DNA of 64,000 bases from Hypanus sabinus (Eukaryota): contig NC_082717.1 of NCBI RefSeq assembly GCF_030144855.1, positions 106,206,001 through 106,270,000 of the forward strand, read 5' to 3'. This document shows, piece by piece, positions 14,050 through 25,407 of the stretch (the stretch's first letter is position 1; every line of letters starts with the position of its first letter). Made by a program: the position numbers and the translations under genes. The notes beneath the pieces are model-generated. The model was not told the DNA's origin. It made no database searches and worked only from the letters and a program-made list of their open reading frames with translations.

Positions 14050-14580
14050 CTCAAGTCAATTTAAAACAGAATTGATTTAAAGAACATGATTTAAACTAGA
14101 AGTGATTTATTTGTAACAGATTCCCAATAATTAATTCCTTTCCAGCTGAAGGCTAATGTGATCAGAACAAACCCCTCCCGTGCCCAGTGACCAGGGTTCA
14201 GTTCCAGGTGTGATGAACAGCAGAATCTGACACCAACAGTCACTCTTCAACTTGCAGCTGGATTCACCAAACATAATGGTTAAAAGTTCAACACAGAGTT
14301 AATTAAACTGTCCCTCCTGTGTGAACTTGGTGATTTGTCAGCAGGTGGGATGATCAAATGAAACTTCCTCCTCATACAGGACAGGTATGTGTGAACTCTC
14401 CCCGGTTTGAACTCACTGGTGTGTCTGCAGTTGGGATGAGCAAGGAAACTCTCTCACACAAAAAGAGCAGTTGTAAGGACTCCTCCCAGTGTGAACACTC
14501 TGATGCGCCTGTAGTTCAGTGTCTGAATGAATTCCGCCCCACACACAGAGCAGGTGAACAGTCTCTCCTCAGTGTGAAAG
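14050..14580 (-). pseudogene. 3' end of a C2H2 ZNF pseudogene (degenerate last fingers and 3' UTR)
   Basis: 14160-14285 aligns by eye with the ZNF 3' UTR at 23560-23700 (TGCCCAGTGACCAGGGT...CAACAGTCACT...GGATTC); 14310-14580 has degenerate HTGE/FTCSVC repeats. Confidence 0.75.
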
Positions 14581-14989
14581 CAAGGGACCCTCCCATGGCT
14601 GCTGTGGCATGCCAAGGTTTAAGATAATCTGGAGTTGGACAGAGCAAGGTTCCTGGAAGAGTAGCTCCTCTTTATACAACATGGACACCAAGGACATGAG
14701 CAGACCAAGAGAAGTTAAAGATCGCAGTGAAGGAGTGAGAAACACACAATTTCAAATGGACAATAACTAACTAGAAATAACATATAACACTGGACAGCAA
14801 ATCTTTTCAAAAGTGCTGCTTACTCAGAATTATTGTGTGGTTACAACATATTGCTTGAAGCTGAACACAAATATAATTTCGTGTAGGAAGTCAGAGAAAC
14901 AATAAATTAACTTTTATTGAATATAACATATTTAATTGCATAATAGTGCTGACACTTTGCGGTAAGTAAACTAAGTTAAAACATTTTGT

Positions 14990-15540
14990 TGATGGGTTTC
15001 ATTTCTACTCAGTGTCTGAGACTTCCTGCTTAAGTGTCCAACAATAATCAGCCAGCATTGATTGATTCCAGTTGCCCTGATACAGTTCCTCCATGATCGC
15101 AGTGTCCTCATGAAACCTTTCACCAAGCTCATCAGTGACAGTGCCAAGATTTGCAGGGAAGAAATCTAAACGGGAATGCAGAAAACGAATCTTTAGTGAC
15201 ATGTTGCACTTCATGGTTTTATATGCTTGAAGCATGTTGTCAACCAGCTGCATGTAGTTTGGTGCTCTGTAGTTGTCAAGAAAATCTTCAACAATATCCT
15301 TGACTGCCTTCTATGTGATTTTTCTCTGGTGCCACTAGAAATTATTTGAATTGCCCATTATTGGTGACCTGTTCAATTTACAGACCAACAAAAATGCCTT
15401 CCCTAAACTTGGCATCAGTTATTCTGGGAAAGACCAGTCTCAAATATATTGAATTCCTTTATGGAAATTTTTGTGCTGGGTGACAACAGATTCCATTCAT
15501 GCAATCTTGGACTGAGAAATTCTGCCTTTGCCTTTGACAA
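14990..15540 (-). mobile_element. Internally deleted DNA transposase remnant, probably Chapaev3 (CMC)
   Basis: Encodes CNMSLKIRFLHSRLDFFPANLGTVTDELGERFH...MLADYCW, upstream FPRITDAKFREGIFVG, and KAEFLSPRLHEWNLL; family assigned from recalled motifs. Confidence 0.65.
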
Positions 15541-15549
15541 ACCCAAGTC

Positions 15550-16630
15550 CCGGACCAGGTCCTCAACAGTACCTCTTGCATTTCGCACACAACTGCCCTC
15601 ACCCCATCAGGGATAGGATTCCTCTTGTCCTCACCTATCACTCCTCCAGTCTTTGCGTCCAGCATATAATTATTCATAACACTGTCATCTCCAATTGGAT
15701 CCCACTACCAAATACCCTTCCTTCCTCACTTCATGCTTTCTGTAGGGATTACTCTCTACATGACTCCCTTATCCATTCAACCCTCCTCACCTGTCTCCCT
15801 CCTGGCACTTATCCTTGCAAGTGGAACAAGTGCTATACCTGCCCCTGCACTTCCTCCCTCACCACCATTCATGGCCCCAAACAGTCCTTCCAGGTGAGGT
15901 GACACTTCACCCGTGAGTCTGTTGGGACCACCTACTGTATACAGTGCTCCCATTGCGGCCTCCTGTATGTCAGTGAGAACCAAAGTAGATTGGGACACCA
16001 CTTCGCCGAGCATCTACGCTCCATCTGAAAGAAAAAGCAGGATCTTCCAGTGGCCAACCACTCTAATTCCACTTCCCATTCTGACATGTCAGTTCATGGT
16101 CTCTTCTACTGCCATGATGAGGGCACGCTCAGATTGGAGGAACAACACCTCATATTCTGTTTGGGTAGCCTCCAACCTGATGGCATGAACATTGATTTCT
16201 CAAACTTCTGGTAATGCCTCCCTTCTTTCACCATTCCCCACTCCCCTTTCCCTCTCTCACCTTAATTCCTTACTTGCTCATCACCTCCCTCTGCTGTTCC
16301 TCACCCTTTTTTACATGGCCTTCTGTTCTCTCCTGTTAGATTCCTCCTTCTCCAGCATGGTACCTCTTTCACCAATCAGCTTCCTAGTTCTTTATTTCAC
16401 CCCTCCCCTTCTCCCAGTTTCACCTATCACCTTGAGTTTCTTCCTCCCCTTGCCCCCCTCCCTGCCACCTTCTAACTTCTCATCTTTTTTTTCCAGTCCT
16501 GATGAAGGGTCTTGGCCTGAAAAATCGACTGTATTTTTTTTTCCATAGATGCTGCCTGGCCTGCTGAGTTCCTCCAGCATTTTGTGTGGGTTGTTTGCAT
16601 TTCCAGTATCTGCAGATTTTCTCTTCCGTC
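15550..16630 (+). mobile_element. Penelope-like element 3' part (GIY-YIG endonuclease and terminal repeat)
   Basis: GPKQSFQVR.HFT.ES...CGLLY...RLG.HFAEH GIY-YIG remnant; ends in the hammerhead-containing terminal motif. Confidence 0.8.
16494..16531 (+). ncRNA. Minimal type I hammerhead ribozyme motif (helix III mutated)
   Basis: CAGTC-CTGATGA-AGGGTCTTGGCCT-GAAA-AATC-GACTG; helix I (CAGTC/GACTG) is intact. Confidence 0.6.
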
Positions 16631-17802
16631 ATTTAACTTAGATTGAGTTATCAGGTGAGGCTTAACTCAACATAAAGGATTCAAAATTTGTATCAGTGCC
16701 GTTCCCCATTGCTGGCCAATACATCATGGTATCTTCATCTGCCCTCTAATGTCTCTGGTGACTTCACTACTGAGTGACTATTGTAATGCAGGATGGGTCC
16801 CCAGGCTGAAGGGAGATTTGGGTATTCAAAGGAATTCCTCCTTTAGTGTCTGTTTTCCCTTTTTCAAGGTAGATGGGTTTCTGTCAGAGTTCCTGACCTA
16901 GGGCTGCACTCAAACTACGGTTCTTTACAGCAATGTTTCTAGCTCCCCGGGCTCACCAACCAGCCATTTTTCAATATCCCAAGGATGCGGCCTGGAACAT
17001 GAAGGTTCTGAGGCTCCGTGGCCCAGTGAACAAGCCGATTCCATGCCGCTGTCACTGACTGAAGCATTGTGGGAGGAAAGGGAATATCCCGAACAGCAGA
17101 TCGGCTGTCAGAGGTCTCTGAACTCGGAGAATCACTCTTTCCCTCTCTTTCTCAGGATGGTGGGGGAGAGTTTGCTGCCAATTCTCAAGATAGAGGACTC
17201 GGAGAACATTGCAATCAGTGAGGTGTTTTTTGTTTTACTGCAGACCATGGCCTGCCTTTGGGGGCTTTGCCTCTGCTTGCTTGGCGTGGGGTGGGTGTTG
17301 ATGCTTCTTGCTTACATATTGGCTGAGGGGTAGGGAGATGGTTGATGCTTTGCTGTTGCTTCTTGTGCATGGGAGAAGGGGAGCTGTGCAGTTCAAACTG
17401 TTTTACTGCCACTCATTCTTTGGGGAATCCTTCTGTTTTTGTGGATGTCTGTGAAGAGCAAGAATTTCAGGTTGTGTATTGTATCCATTCTCTGATATTA
17501 AATGGAACTATTGAGCTGTTGAACTAGTTCTGGTTTTAAGCAGGAAAACCAGACACACTGGGCGGACATGAGATCACGTGATCTTTGTGTTCTTGCCATA
17601 TCATCGGGACAGCGAATAGCATTAAATTCCAAGTACACCAGAGATGAGCTCTAAGATTAACAGTACATCTTAGGGGCCCAGGTTTTGTTTTGGTAGCCAG
17701 TTTTACACCCGAAGTAGAGCTTATTGGCTTTCTTAATAAGAGGAATCGTGCTCTGGCAGTGAGATTTAATCGTATGCTTGCAACAAATATAACAGAAATA
17801 TC

Positions 17803-20800
17803 AAACAAGAGAAAATCTGCAGATGCCAGAAATCCAAGCAATACACAGAAAATGTTGGAGGAACTCAGCATTTATGATAAAGAGTAAACAGTCGAAGTTT
17901 TGAGCTGAGACCCTTCATCATATCAGGACTGGACAAAAGAGATGAGAAGTCAGAGTAAGAAGGTGGGGAGAGGGGAGGAAGAAATCCAAGGTAGTAGGTG
18001 ATACGTGAAACTGGAAGGGGGGAGGCATGAAGTAAAGAACTGGGAAGTCAATTGATGAAAGAGATAAAAGGGCTGGAGAAGGGGGAATCTGACAGGAGAA
18101 TACAAAAGATCATGGAAAAAAAGGAAAGGGCAGGAGCAACAGAGGGAGGTGATGGGCAGGTAAGGAGATAAGGTGAGAGATGAAAAGGGGAGTGTGGGGA
18201 ATGGTGAAGTGGAGGGGACATTAGACTACCGAGACAGAATACAAGGAGTTGCTGTTCCACCCTGAGTGTGGTTTCATTGCAGCAGTAGATGAGGCCATGG
18301 ACTGATATGTCAGAATGGGAATGGGAAGTAGAATTAAAATGGGTGATCTCTGTGAGATCCTGGTTTTTCGAGCAGATGGAGAGTGGATGCTTGGCGAAGC
18401 AGTCCCCCAATCTCTGTAGGGTCTCACCATTTTACAAGAGGCCACACCAGGAGCACTGAATACTATAGATGATTACAACTAACTCGGGTGAAGCATCACC
18501 TCGCCTGGAAGGACTGTTTGGGGCCCAGAATGGTAATGATGTAGGAGGTGTAGGGGGAGGCATAGCATTTCTTCTGCTTGCAAGGATAAGTGTCAGGAGG
18601 GAGATCAATGGGGGGGGATGAATGGACAAGGGAGTTGTGCAGGGAACAATCCTTGAAGAAAGCAGCAGAAACTGGGGGGTGGGAAGAGGGCAAGATGTGC
18701 TTGGTGGTGGGGATCCCATTGGAGATAGTGGAAATTACAGAGAATTATGTTCTAGACGTGGAGGCTGGTGTGGACAAGAGGAAACCTATCCTTGGAGGGG
18801 TGGCAGGAGAAGGAGGGGCGATCGTGAAATGGAAATGTGGGTGAGGGCAGCACTGATGGTGGAAGAAGGGGAAGCCCCTTTTTTTTTGAAGAAGGAGAGC
18901 ATCTTCTTAGTTTTGGGATTAAAAGCCTCTTCCTGAGAGCAGTGCATTGAAATGGAGGAACTGAGAGAAGGGGACGGCATTTTTACAAGTAACAGGGTGG
19001 GAAGAGTTATAGTCCAGGGAGCTGTGAGAATCCATGAGTTTATAAAAGATAGCAGTAGATAAGCTGTCTCCGGAGATAGAGACATGGAGGTCAAGAAAAG
19101 GGAGGGAGGTGTTAGAAATGCACCAGGTAAATTTGAGGGCAGGGTGGAAGTTAGAGGCAAAGTTGATGAAGTTGGCGAGTTCTATATAGGTGCAGAAAGC
19201 AGCACAAATGCAGTCACTGATGTAGCAAAGGAAAAGTTGGGGAGTGTAGGCATGGAATATAGACCACTTCACATTGCTGACAAAAAGGCAGGCATAGCTG
19301 GGACACATGCAAGTGCCCATAGCTACACCTTTTGTTTGAAGGATATGGGAGGAGCTGAAGGGGAAATGATTGAAAGTGAGAAGTTCTGCCAGATAGAGGA
19401 GAGTGGTGGTGGAAGGGGACTGGTGGGTCTGGTGTCCAGAAAGAAATGGGGTGCTTTGAGAACTTCCTGGTGGGGTTGGAGGTGTATAGGGACTGGATAT
19501 CCATGGTGATAGTAAGATGATGGCAGCCATGGAACATCAAATCATTGAAACAATCAAGAGCATGTGAAGGGTCATGAGTGTAGGTAGGAAGGGACTGAAC
19601 TGGCAGCGTGGGGGTGGGGGATAAAACTGAGTCGAGGTATGCATATACAAGTTTGGTGGAGCAGCAACAAGCAGAAACTAGGTCTACCTGGACAGGCAGG
19701 TTTGCGGATCTTAGGTGGGAGTAGAAATAAGAGGTGTGGAGAGCGGGAACTACGAGGATGGCGTTGGTGGTTGGGAGGTCCCTAGAATTAATAAGGTTGG
19801 TGATGGTGTGGGAGATAATGGCCTGTTGTTCCTTAGTGGGGTCCTAATCGAGGGGTAAAAGGTGTCTGGCAGTAGTCACCTGGCATCAGCAAAGTAGAGG
19901 TCAATCCACCAGACTACTACAGCACTCCCCTTATCTGCGGGTTTGATGGTCAGGTTAGGGTTGGTGGGCAGGGAGTGAGAGCCAAGCGTTCGGAAGGACT
20001 GAGGTTCGAATAGGAGAGAGGAGTGTTAAAGTCTAGATGGTTAATGTCCACTGGGTGGCAGTGTGACATGCGAAAAGGACGTTAGGAGACTACAGGGAGA
20101 CTTGGATAGGCTGAGTGAGTGGGCAGATACTTGGCAGATGTCATTCAATGTGAATAAATGTGAAGTTATCCACTTTGGAAGCTGGAACAAGAGGGCAGAG
20201 TATTGTCTGAACGGTGTCGAGTTAGGTAAGGGAGAAATGCAAAGAGACCTAGGAGTCCTAGTTCACCAGTCAATGAAGGTGAATGAGCAAGTGCAACAGG
20301 CAGTGAAGAGGGCAAATGGAATGTTGGCCTTTGTTACAAGGGGAATTGAATACAAGAGCAAGGATGTTCTTTTGCATTTGTACAGGGCTCTGGTGAGACC
20401 ACACCTGGAATATTGTGTACAGTTTTGGTCTCCAGGTTTAAGGAAGGACATTCTGGCAATTGAGGAAGTGCAGCGTAGATTCACTAGGTTGATTCCTGGG
20501 ATGGCAGGGCTGTCTTACGCAGAGAGATTGGAGAGATTGGGCTTGTACACGCTGGAATTGAGGAGATTGAGAGGGGATCTGATTGAAACGTTTAAGATAA
20601 TTAAAGGATTTGATAGGATTGAGGCAGGTAATATGTTCCAGATGTTGGGAGAGTCCAGTACCAGAGGGCATGGATTGAGAATATGAGGTCAGTTATTTAA
20701 AACAGAGTTGAGGAAGAGCTTCTTCTCCCAGAGAGTTGTGGAGGTGTAGAATGCACTGCCTCGGAAGACGGTGGAGGCCAATTCTCTGGATGCTTTCAAG

Positions 20801-21212
20801 AAGGAGCTGGATAGATATCTGATGGATAGGGGAATCAAGGGATATGGGGACAAGGCAGGGACTGGGTATTGATAGTGAATGATCAGCCATGATCTCAGAA
20901 TGGCGGTGCAGACTCGAGGGGCCGAATGGTCTACTTCTGCACCTATTGTCTGTTGTCTATTTGCAATTGGCACTGAAAAGATCCAGAGCAGGCAGAGGAC
21001 CAAAGCAGGGAGTCCAGGGAGAGAAGGATGGTTAAAGATGGGAGAAGGGTCATTGGAGCAGGTTGGAGAGTTGTCACCAAACAAGTAGGCACTGAGACAG
21101 AGATGGCAGAAGAACTCGGAGTCACAGAGGGCGCAAATCTCACTAGTTTGGGAGCGGGGGACAAAGGTGAGGCCCTTACTGACAACAGAACGTTCTGCCT
21201 CAGAGAGTGAGA
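17803..21212 (-). mobile_element. Long degraded Penelope-like element (RT and GIY-YIG), interrupted by CR1 at 20051-20951
   Basis: RT motifs QTKGVAMGT.M.PSYACLFV, YISD and LPFLDL; GIY-YIG remnant at 18221-18520; terminal repeat with a degenerate hammerhead at about 17888-17932. Confidence 0.85.
20051..20951 (+). mobile_element. Young 5'-truncated CR1 with 3' UTR and (CTATTGT)-type tail
   Basis: ORF 20063-20686 is the CR1 RT C-terminus (RPHLEYCVQFWSP); same subfamily as 60562-63484. Confidence 0.9.
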
Positions 21213-22560
21213 TAACTTCCCACAGTCTGAGCAGGTCAATGGCCACTCCCTGGTGTGAACTCACAAGTGTCTGCATGTGGGATGACTGAGGAAATTCCCT
21301 CACACATAAAGAGCAGGTGAACAGCCTCTCCCTGGTGTGAACTCTCTGATGTGTCAATAGCTCAGGTGACTCAATGAGTTCCGTCTCACACGTGGAGCAG
21401 GTGAACGACCTCCCCTGATGTGAATTTTATGTGTGTTCAGGTTGGACTACTGTATAAATCTCCCCCCATGGTCAGAACAGGTGTACTGTCTGACCGTGGC
21501 ATGAGCTCCCTGATGTATCTTTAAGCTGGATGACAGAGTTTGTCCCATCCCTCGTACTGGCCTCTCCTCAGTGCAAACTCGCTGGTGTCACTGTAGTTGG
21601 AAGACTGAATTTCATCCCTTCCCACACACCGAGCAGGTTTATGACATATTCCCCACTTTGAACTTTCTGGTGTCTGTAAGATGGATGAACGGCTGAATCC
21701 CTTTCCACACACAACAGGTGAATTAATTTTCCTCGCTATAAACTTACTAATGCATTGTCAGATCAGATAACATAGAGACCCCCCCCCCCCCCCCCCCACC
21801 AACTTCCCTTTGTAACTTTGGTGTTACAAAGAAAATATCTTTTCACTCCTTCAATAACACAAAGACTATTTACAAGATTTATCTCCAGGTTGGTTAATCC
21901 AAATTTCGCCCCTACACTGAACACACCTCCAGGTTCTCTTTGGTACGACTGGTGTGGTATCAAACCTGATGCTATCTAACATCTGCAATGCCACATTCAA
22001 AGATCTGTAGTATTCAAGTGCTGGTTGGCTAACAATCAGAGCAGAATCAATGTGTTTGAGATATTCATACACAACTTCTTTGTTCTTTTTCTCTATCCTG
22101 TAAACAGTTTACTAAGAACATCAATGGGGGAAGGACAGCATTTCAGGGTGATCTCCAACGTCACCCTGTTACAAACAAATTCTCAACTTCTGCCTGGTCG
22201 TAGTCAGGTATCTGGACTCGGCATCAAATTCTACCTATCTGTATCATAATGGGACGATGCTGCTGGTCACGTATTTGACTCAGTTTGTCTCTATCCATTG
22301 TTACGGCTTAGTAGCTCTGGGTGTGCCTCACTGCCCTGCTTGGAGCTCACGGTATTTACACGGCTGCTCCTGGAGACTTTCTGATCACTGTGACTCTGGG
22401 GTGATTGACGGTGGTGAACTCAGCAATGGCAATGAATGTCAAGGGGAGGTGATTAGACTTTCTCATTGGAGGTTGGTGACATGTGGAACTTCTGTGGTGT
22501 GAATGCTAAAGGTCACTTGTTACCCTAGACAGAGGTGTTTGTTATCATGGTACACGCAGA
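21213..22560 (-). pseudogene. 5' part of the C2H2 ZNF pseudogene (degenerate fingers, splice acceptor at 22098-22100, intron homology)
   Basis: HQRVHTRERLFTCSLC-type degenerate fingers with stops and frameshifts; 22098-22560 is homologous to 25861-26370. Confidence 0.8.
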
Positions 22561-23718
22561 CAGAAGAAACAACGGTCTCACTTAGCAGAAGGATCCCAAA
22601 TCAGATGACATTCAACAGAGGTGATTTGCTAAAGAACCAAGTGACACAAGGAGCTTGTCGTTTTCTCGTTCAGCTCTTACTGACTTTTTAATTCACTGGA
22701 TGTTGGACCCAGTTCTTTCTTTCAAGCCTCAGTCTCGACTATTCCTATAATCTACCAAGGTATGGACATCAGGTGGTTCTCAACATTGGTCATGATCTCA
22801 ATATTCCACTTCAATTGGCAGAAAATCACATTGACTATTTATCTGTAACTTATCTTATAGTTTCTCACTGCCACAGAAACTCAGAACTAACAAGAAAATC
22901 TGTAGATGACCTGTGCTAATGAAGGGTCTCAGCCAGAAATGTCAATTGCTTTTTTCTGTCAATCAGATTCCAAATATTGCTATACCATCATTTGTTGCCA
23001 TGCCCCCATTCTGTTCTCTTACTCCTACCACTGTCCACAGCCCCAAACACTGCCCTGTGCTGACTCTCTAGTTCTTCACCCGACTCCACTGAACGTCCAA
23101 GTAACAGTTCCCCACTCCGCCTTCAGATTTCACAACACATTTGTGTATTCTAACAACCCAGCTATGTGAGACATAGCCACTTAGAAGCAGTGAAATGTTA
23201 AATAGATCTGGGAAGGACCAGGTTATCTATCAATGTCATTCTTCCTCGGCCCAGATATTTGAGAGGCAAAGAGCATGTCAGCTTATCTTATTCTTCAGTC
23301 ATGCAGGAAATTCACCCATAGAGTGGTGACTGTTTGGAACCCATCACCAGAAGGAGTGTGAGAGGTGAACGGCAGGGATGGATTTAAAAGGATTGCTGTG
23401 GAACAGCACACATGGCAGGGACCAGCTGGGCTGAGTAGACTTCCTACTGTACACAGGGTGTGTTGCAGATTTACTCAGTCCCTGAGACAGAGTGTAAAAT
23501 AGAACTGATTTATTAGTCACAGATCCAGAACATGAAACTCCAGTCCCAGTAAAGGTGAACATCAGCAGAAGAAACTCCTCCCATGCCCAGTGACCAGGGT
23601 GCAGAACTGGGTGTGATGAGCAGCAGCAATAATTGCAGAGTTCAACACCAACAGTCACTTTTGAACTTGCATCTGGATTCAGCAACTGTGATGGTTAAAC
23701 ATCCAGTAAGCAGCTTAT

Positions 23719-25407
23719 TTAAACTTTATCCCCAGTGTGAATTCTGTAGTGTGTCACAAGGTTGGATGACTGAGTGAATCTCTTCCCACATTCAGAGCAG
23801 GAGAACGGTTTCTCACCAGTGTGAACTGACTGATGTGTCCGCAGGTTGCACAACTGAGTGAATCCATTCCCACAAACGGAACAGGTGAATGGCTTCTCTC
23901 CTGTATGAACTCGTTGATGTGTCTGCAAATGTGATAACTGAGTGAATCCCTTCCCACAATCTGAGCAGGTGAATGGTCTCTCCCCAGTGTGAACTCGCTG
24001 ATGTACCTTTAGTTGAAATGACATTGGAAATCCCTTCCCACAGTCTGAACAGGTGAACGGCATCTCCCCAGTGTGAACTGACTGGTGTCTTCGTAGGTTG
24101 GATGACTGAGTGAATCGCTTCCCGCACACAGAACAGGTGAATGGCCTCTCTCCTGTATGAACTCGCTGGTGTGTCTGTAGGTGGGATGAGTGAGTGAATC
24201 CCTTCCCACAGTTTGAGCAGGTGAAAGGCCTCTCCCCAGTGTGAACTCGCCGATGTTCCTTTAGTTGAAATGACCGTGGAAATCCCTTCCCACAGTCTGA
24301 GCAGGTGAACGGCATCTCCCCAGTGTGAACTGACTGGTGTGTCAGTAGATTTGATGACTGAGTAAATCCCTTTCCACACTCTGGGCAGGTGAACGGCCTC
24401 TCCCCGGTGTGAACTCGCTGGTGTGCCAAAAGATTAGATGACCGAGAGAATCCCTTCCCACAGTCTGAGCAGGTGAATGGTTTCTCCCCAGTGTGAACTC
24501 GCTGATGTACCTTCAGTTGAGATGACTCAGTGAATCCCTTCCCACAATCTGAGCAGGTGAATGGCCTCTCCCCAGTGTGAACTAGTTGATGGGTCTGTAG
24601 GTTGGATGACTGAGTGAATCCTTTCCCACATTCTGAGCAGGTGAATGGTCTCTCTCCCGTGTGAACTCGCTGGTGTACTTTCAGTTGAGATGACTGAGTG
24701 AATCCCTTCCCACAATCTGAGCAGATGAATGGTTTTTCCCCGGTGTGAACTCGCTGGTGTACCTGTAGGTTAGATGAGTGAGTGAATCCCTTCCCACAGT
24801 CTGAGCAGGTGAATGGCCTCTCCGCAGAGTGAACTGACTGGTGTGCCAGTAGTTGAGATGATTGAGTGAATCCCTTCCCACAGACTGAGCAGGTAAATGG
24901 CCTCTCCCCGGTGTGAACTCGCTGATGTGTCTGTAGGTTAGATGAGTGGGCGAATCCCTTCCCACAGTCTGAACAGGTGAATGGCCGCTCCCCAGTGTGA
25001 ACTCGTTGATGTACTTTTAGTTCAGATGACTGAGTGAATCCCTTCCCACAGTCTGGGCAGGTGAATGGCCTTTCCCTCGAGTGCACTCGCTGATGTACCT
25101 TCAATTGAAATAACCGTGGAAATCCTTTCCCACAGTCTGAACAGATGAATGGCTTCTCCCCAGTGTGAACTGACTGGTGTGACAGGAGGTCAGATGACTG
25201 AATGAATCCCATCCCACAGACTGTGCAAGTGAACGGACGCTTCCCGGTGTGAATTGATTGGTGTCTCCGTAGATTGGATGATTGAGTGAATCCTTTCCCA
25301 CACACAGAACAGGTGAACGGTTTCTCTCCAGTGTGAACTCGTTGATGCACCTTCAGCTGAAATGACTGAGGAAATCCCTTCCCACAGACTGAACAGGTGA
25401 ACGGCAT
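23719..25407 (-). CDS. C2H2 zinc-finger protein, 20 tandem fingers (562 aa), no visible effector domain
   Basis: 20 x 28-aa CxxC...HxxxH repeats with TGE(K/R)P linkers and no stop. Upstream fingers are degenerate and frameshifted. Putative splice acceptor at 25861-25880. Confidence 0.9.
   Translation of the reverse strand: MPFTCSVCGKGFPQSFQLKVHQRVHTGEKPFTCSVCGKGFTQSSNLRRHQSIHTGKRPFTCTVCGMGFIQSSDLLSHQSVHTGEKPFICSDCGKGFPRLFQLKVHQRVHSRERPFTCPDCGKGFTQSSELKVHQRVHTGERPFTCSDCGKGFAHSSNLQTHQRVHTGERPFTCSVCGKGFTQSSQLLAHQSVHSAERPFTCSDCGKGFTHSSNLQVHQRVHTGEKPFICSDCGKGFTQSSQLKVHQRVHTGERPFTCSECGKGFTQSSNLQTHQLVHTGERPFTCSDCGKGFTESSQLKVHQRVHTGEKPFTCSDCGKGFSRSSNLLAHQRVHTGERPFTCPECGKGFTQSSNLLTHQSVHTGEMPFTCSDCGKGFPRSFQLKEHRRVHTGERPFTCSNCGKGFTHSSHLQTHQRVHTGERPFTCSVCGKRFTQSSNLRRHQSVHTGEMPFTCSDCGKGFPMSFQLKVHQRVHTGERPFTCSDCGKGFTQLSHLQTHQRVHTGEKPFTCSVCGNGFTQLCNLRTHQSVHTGEKPFSCSECGKRFTQSSNLVTHYRIHTGDKV

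Noticed and set aside
23754-25301. Repetitive alternative-frame ORFs and 84-bp periodicity resembling a CRISPR or satellite array
   Set aside because: Explained by the C2H2 finger repeats; eukaryotic context and no cas genes.
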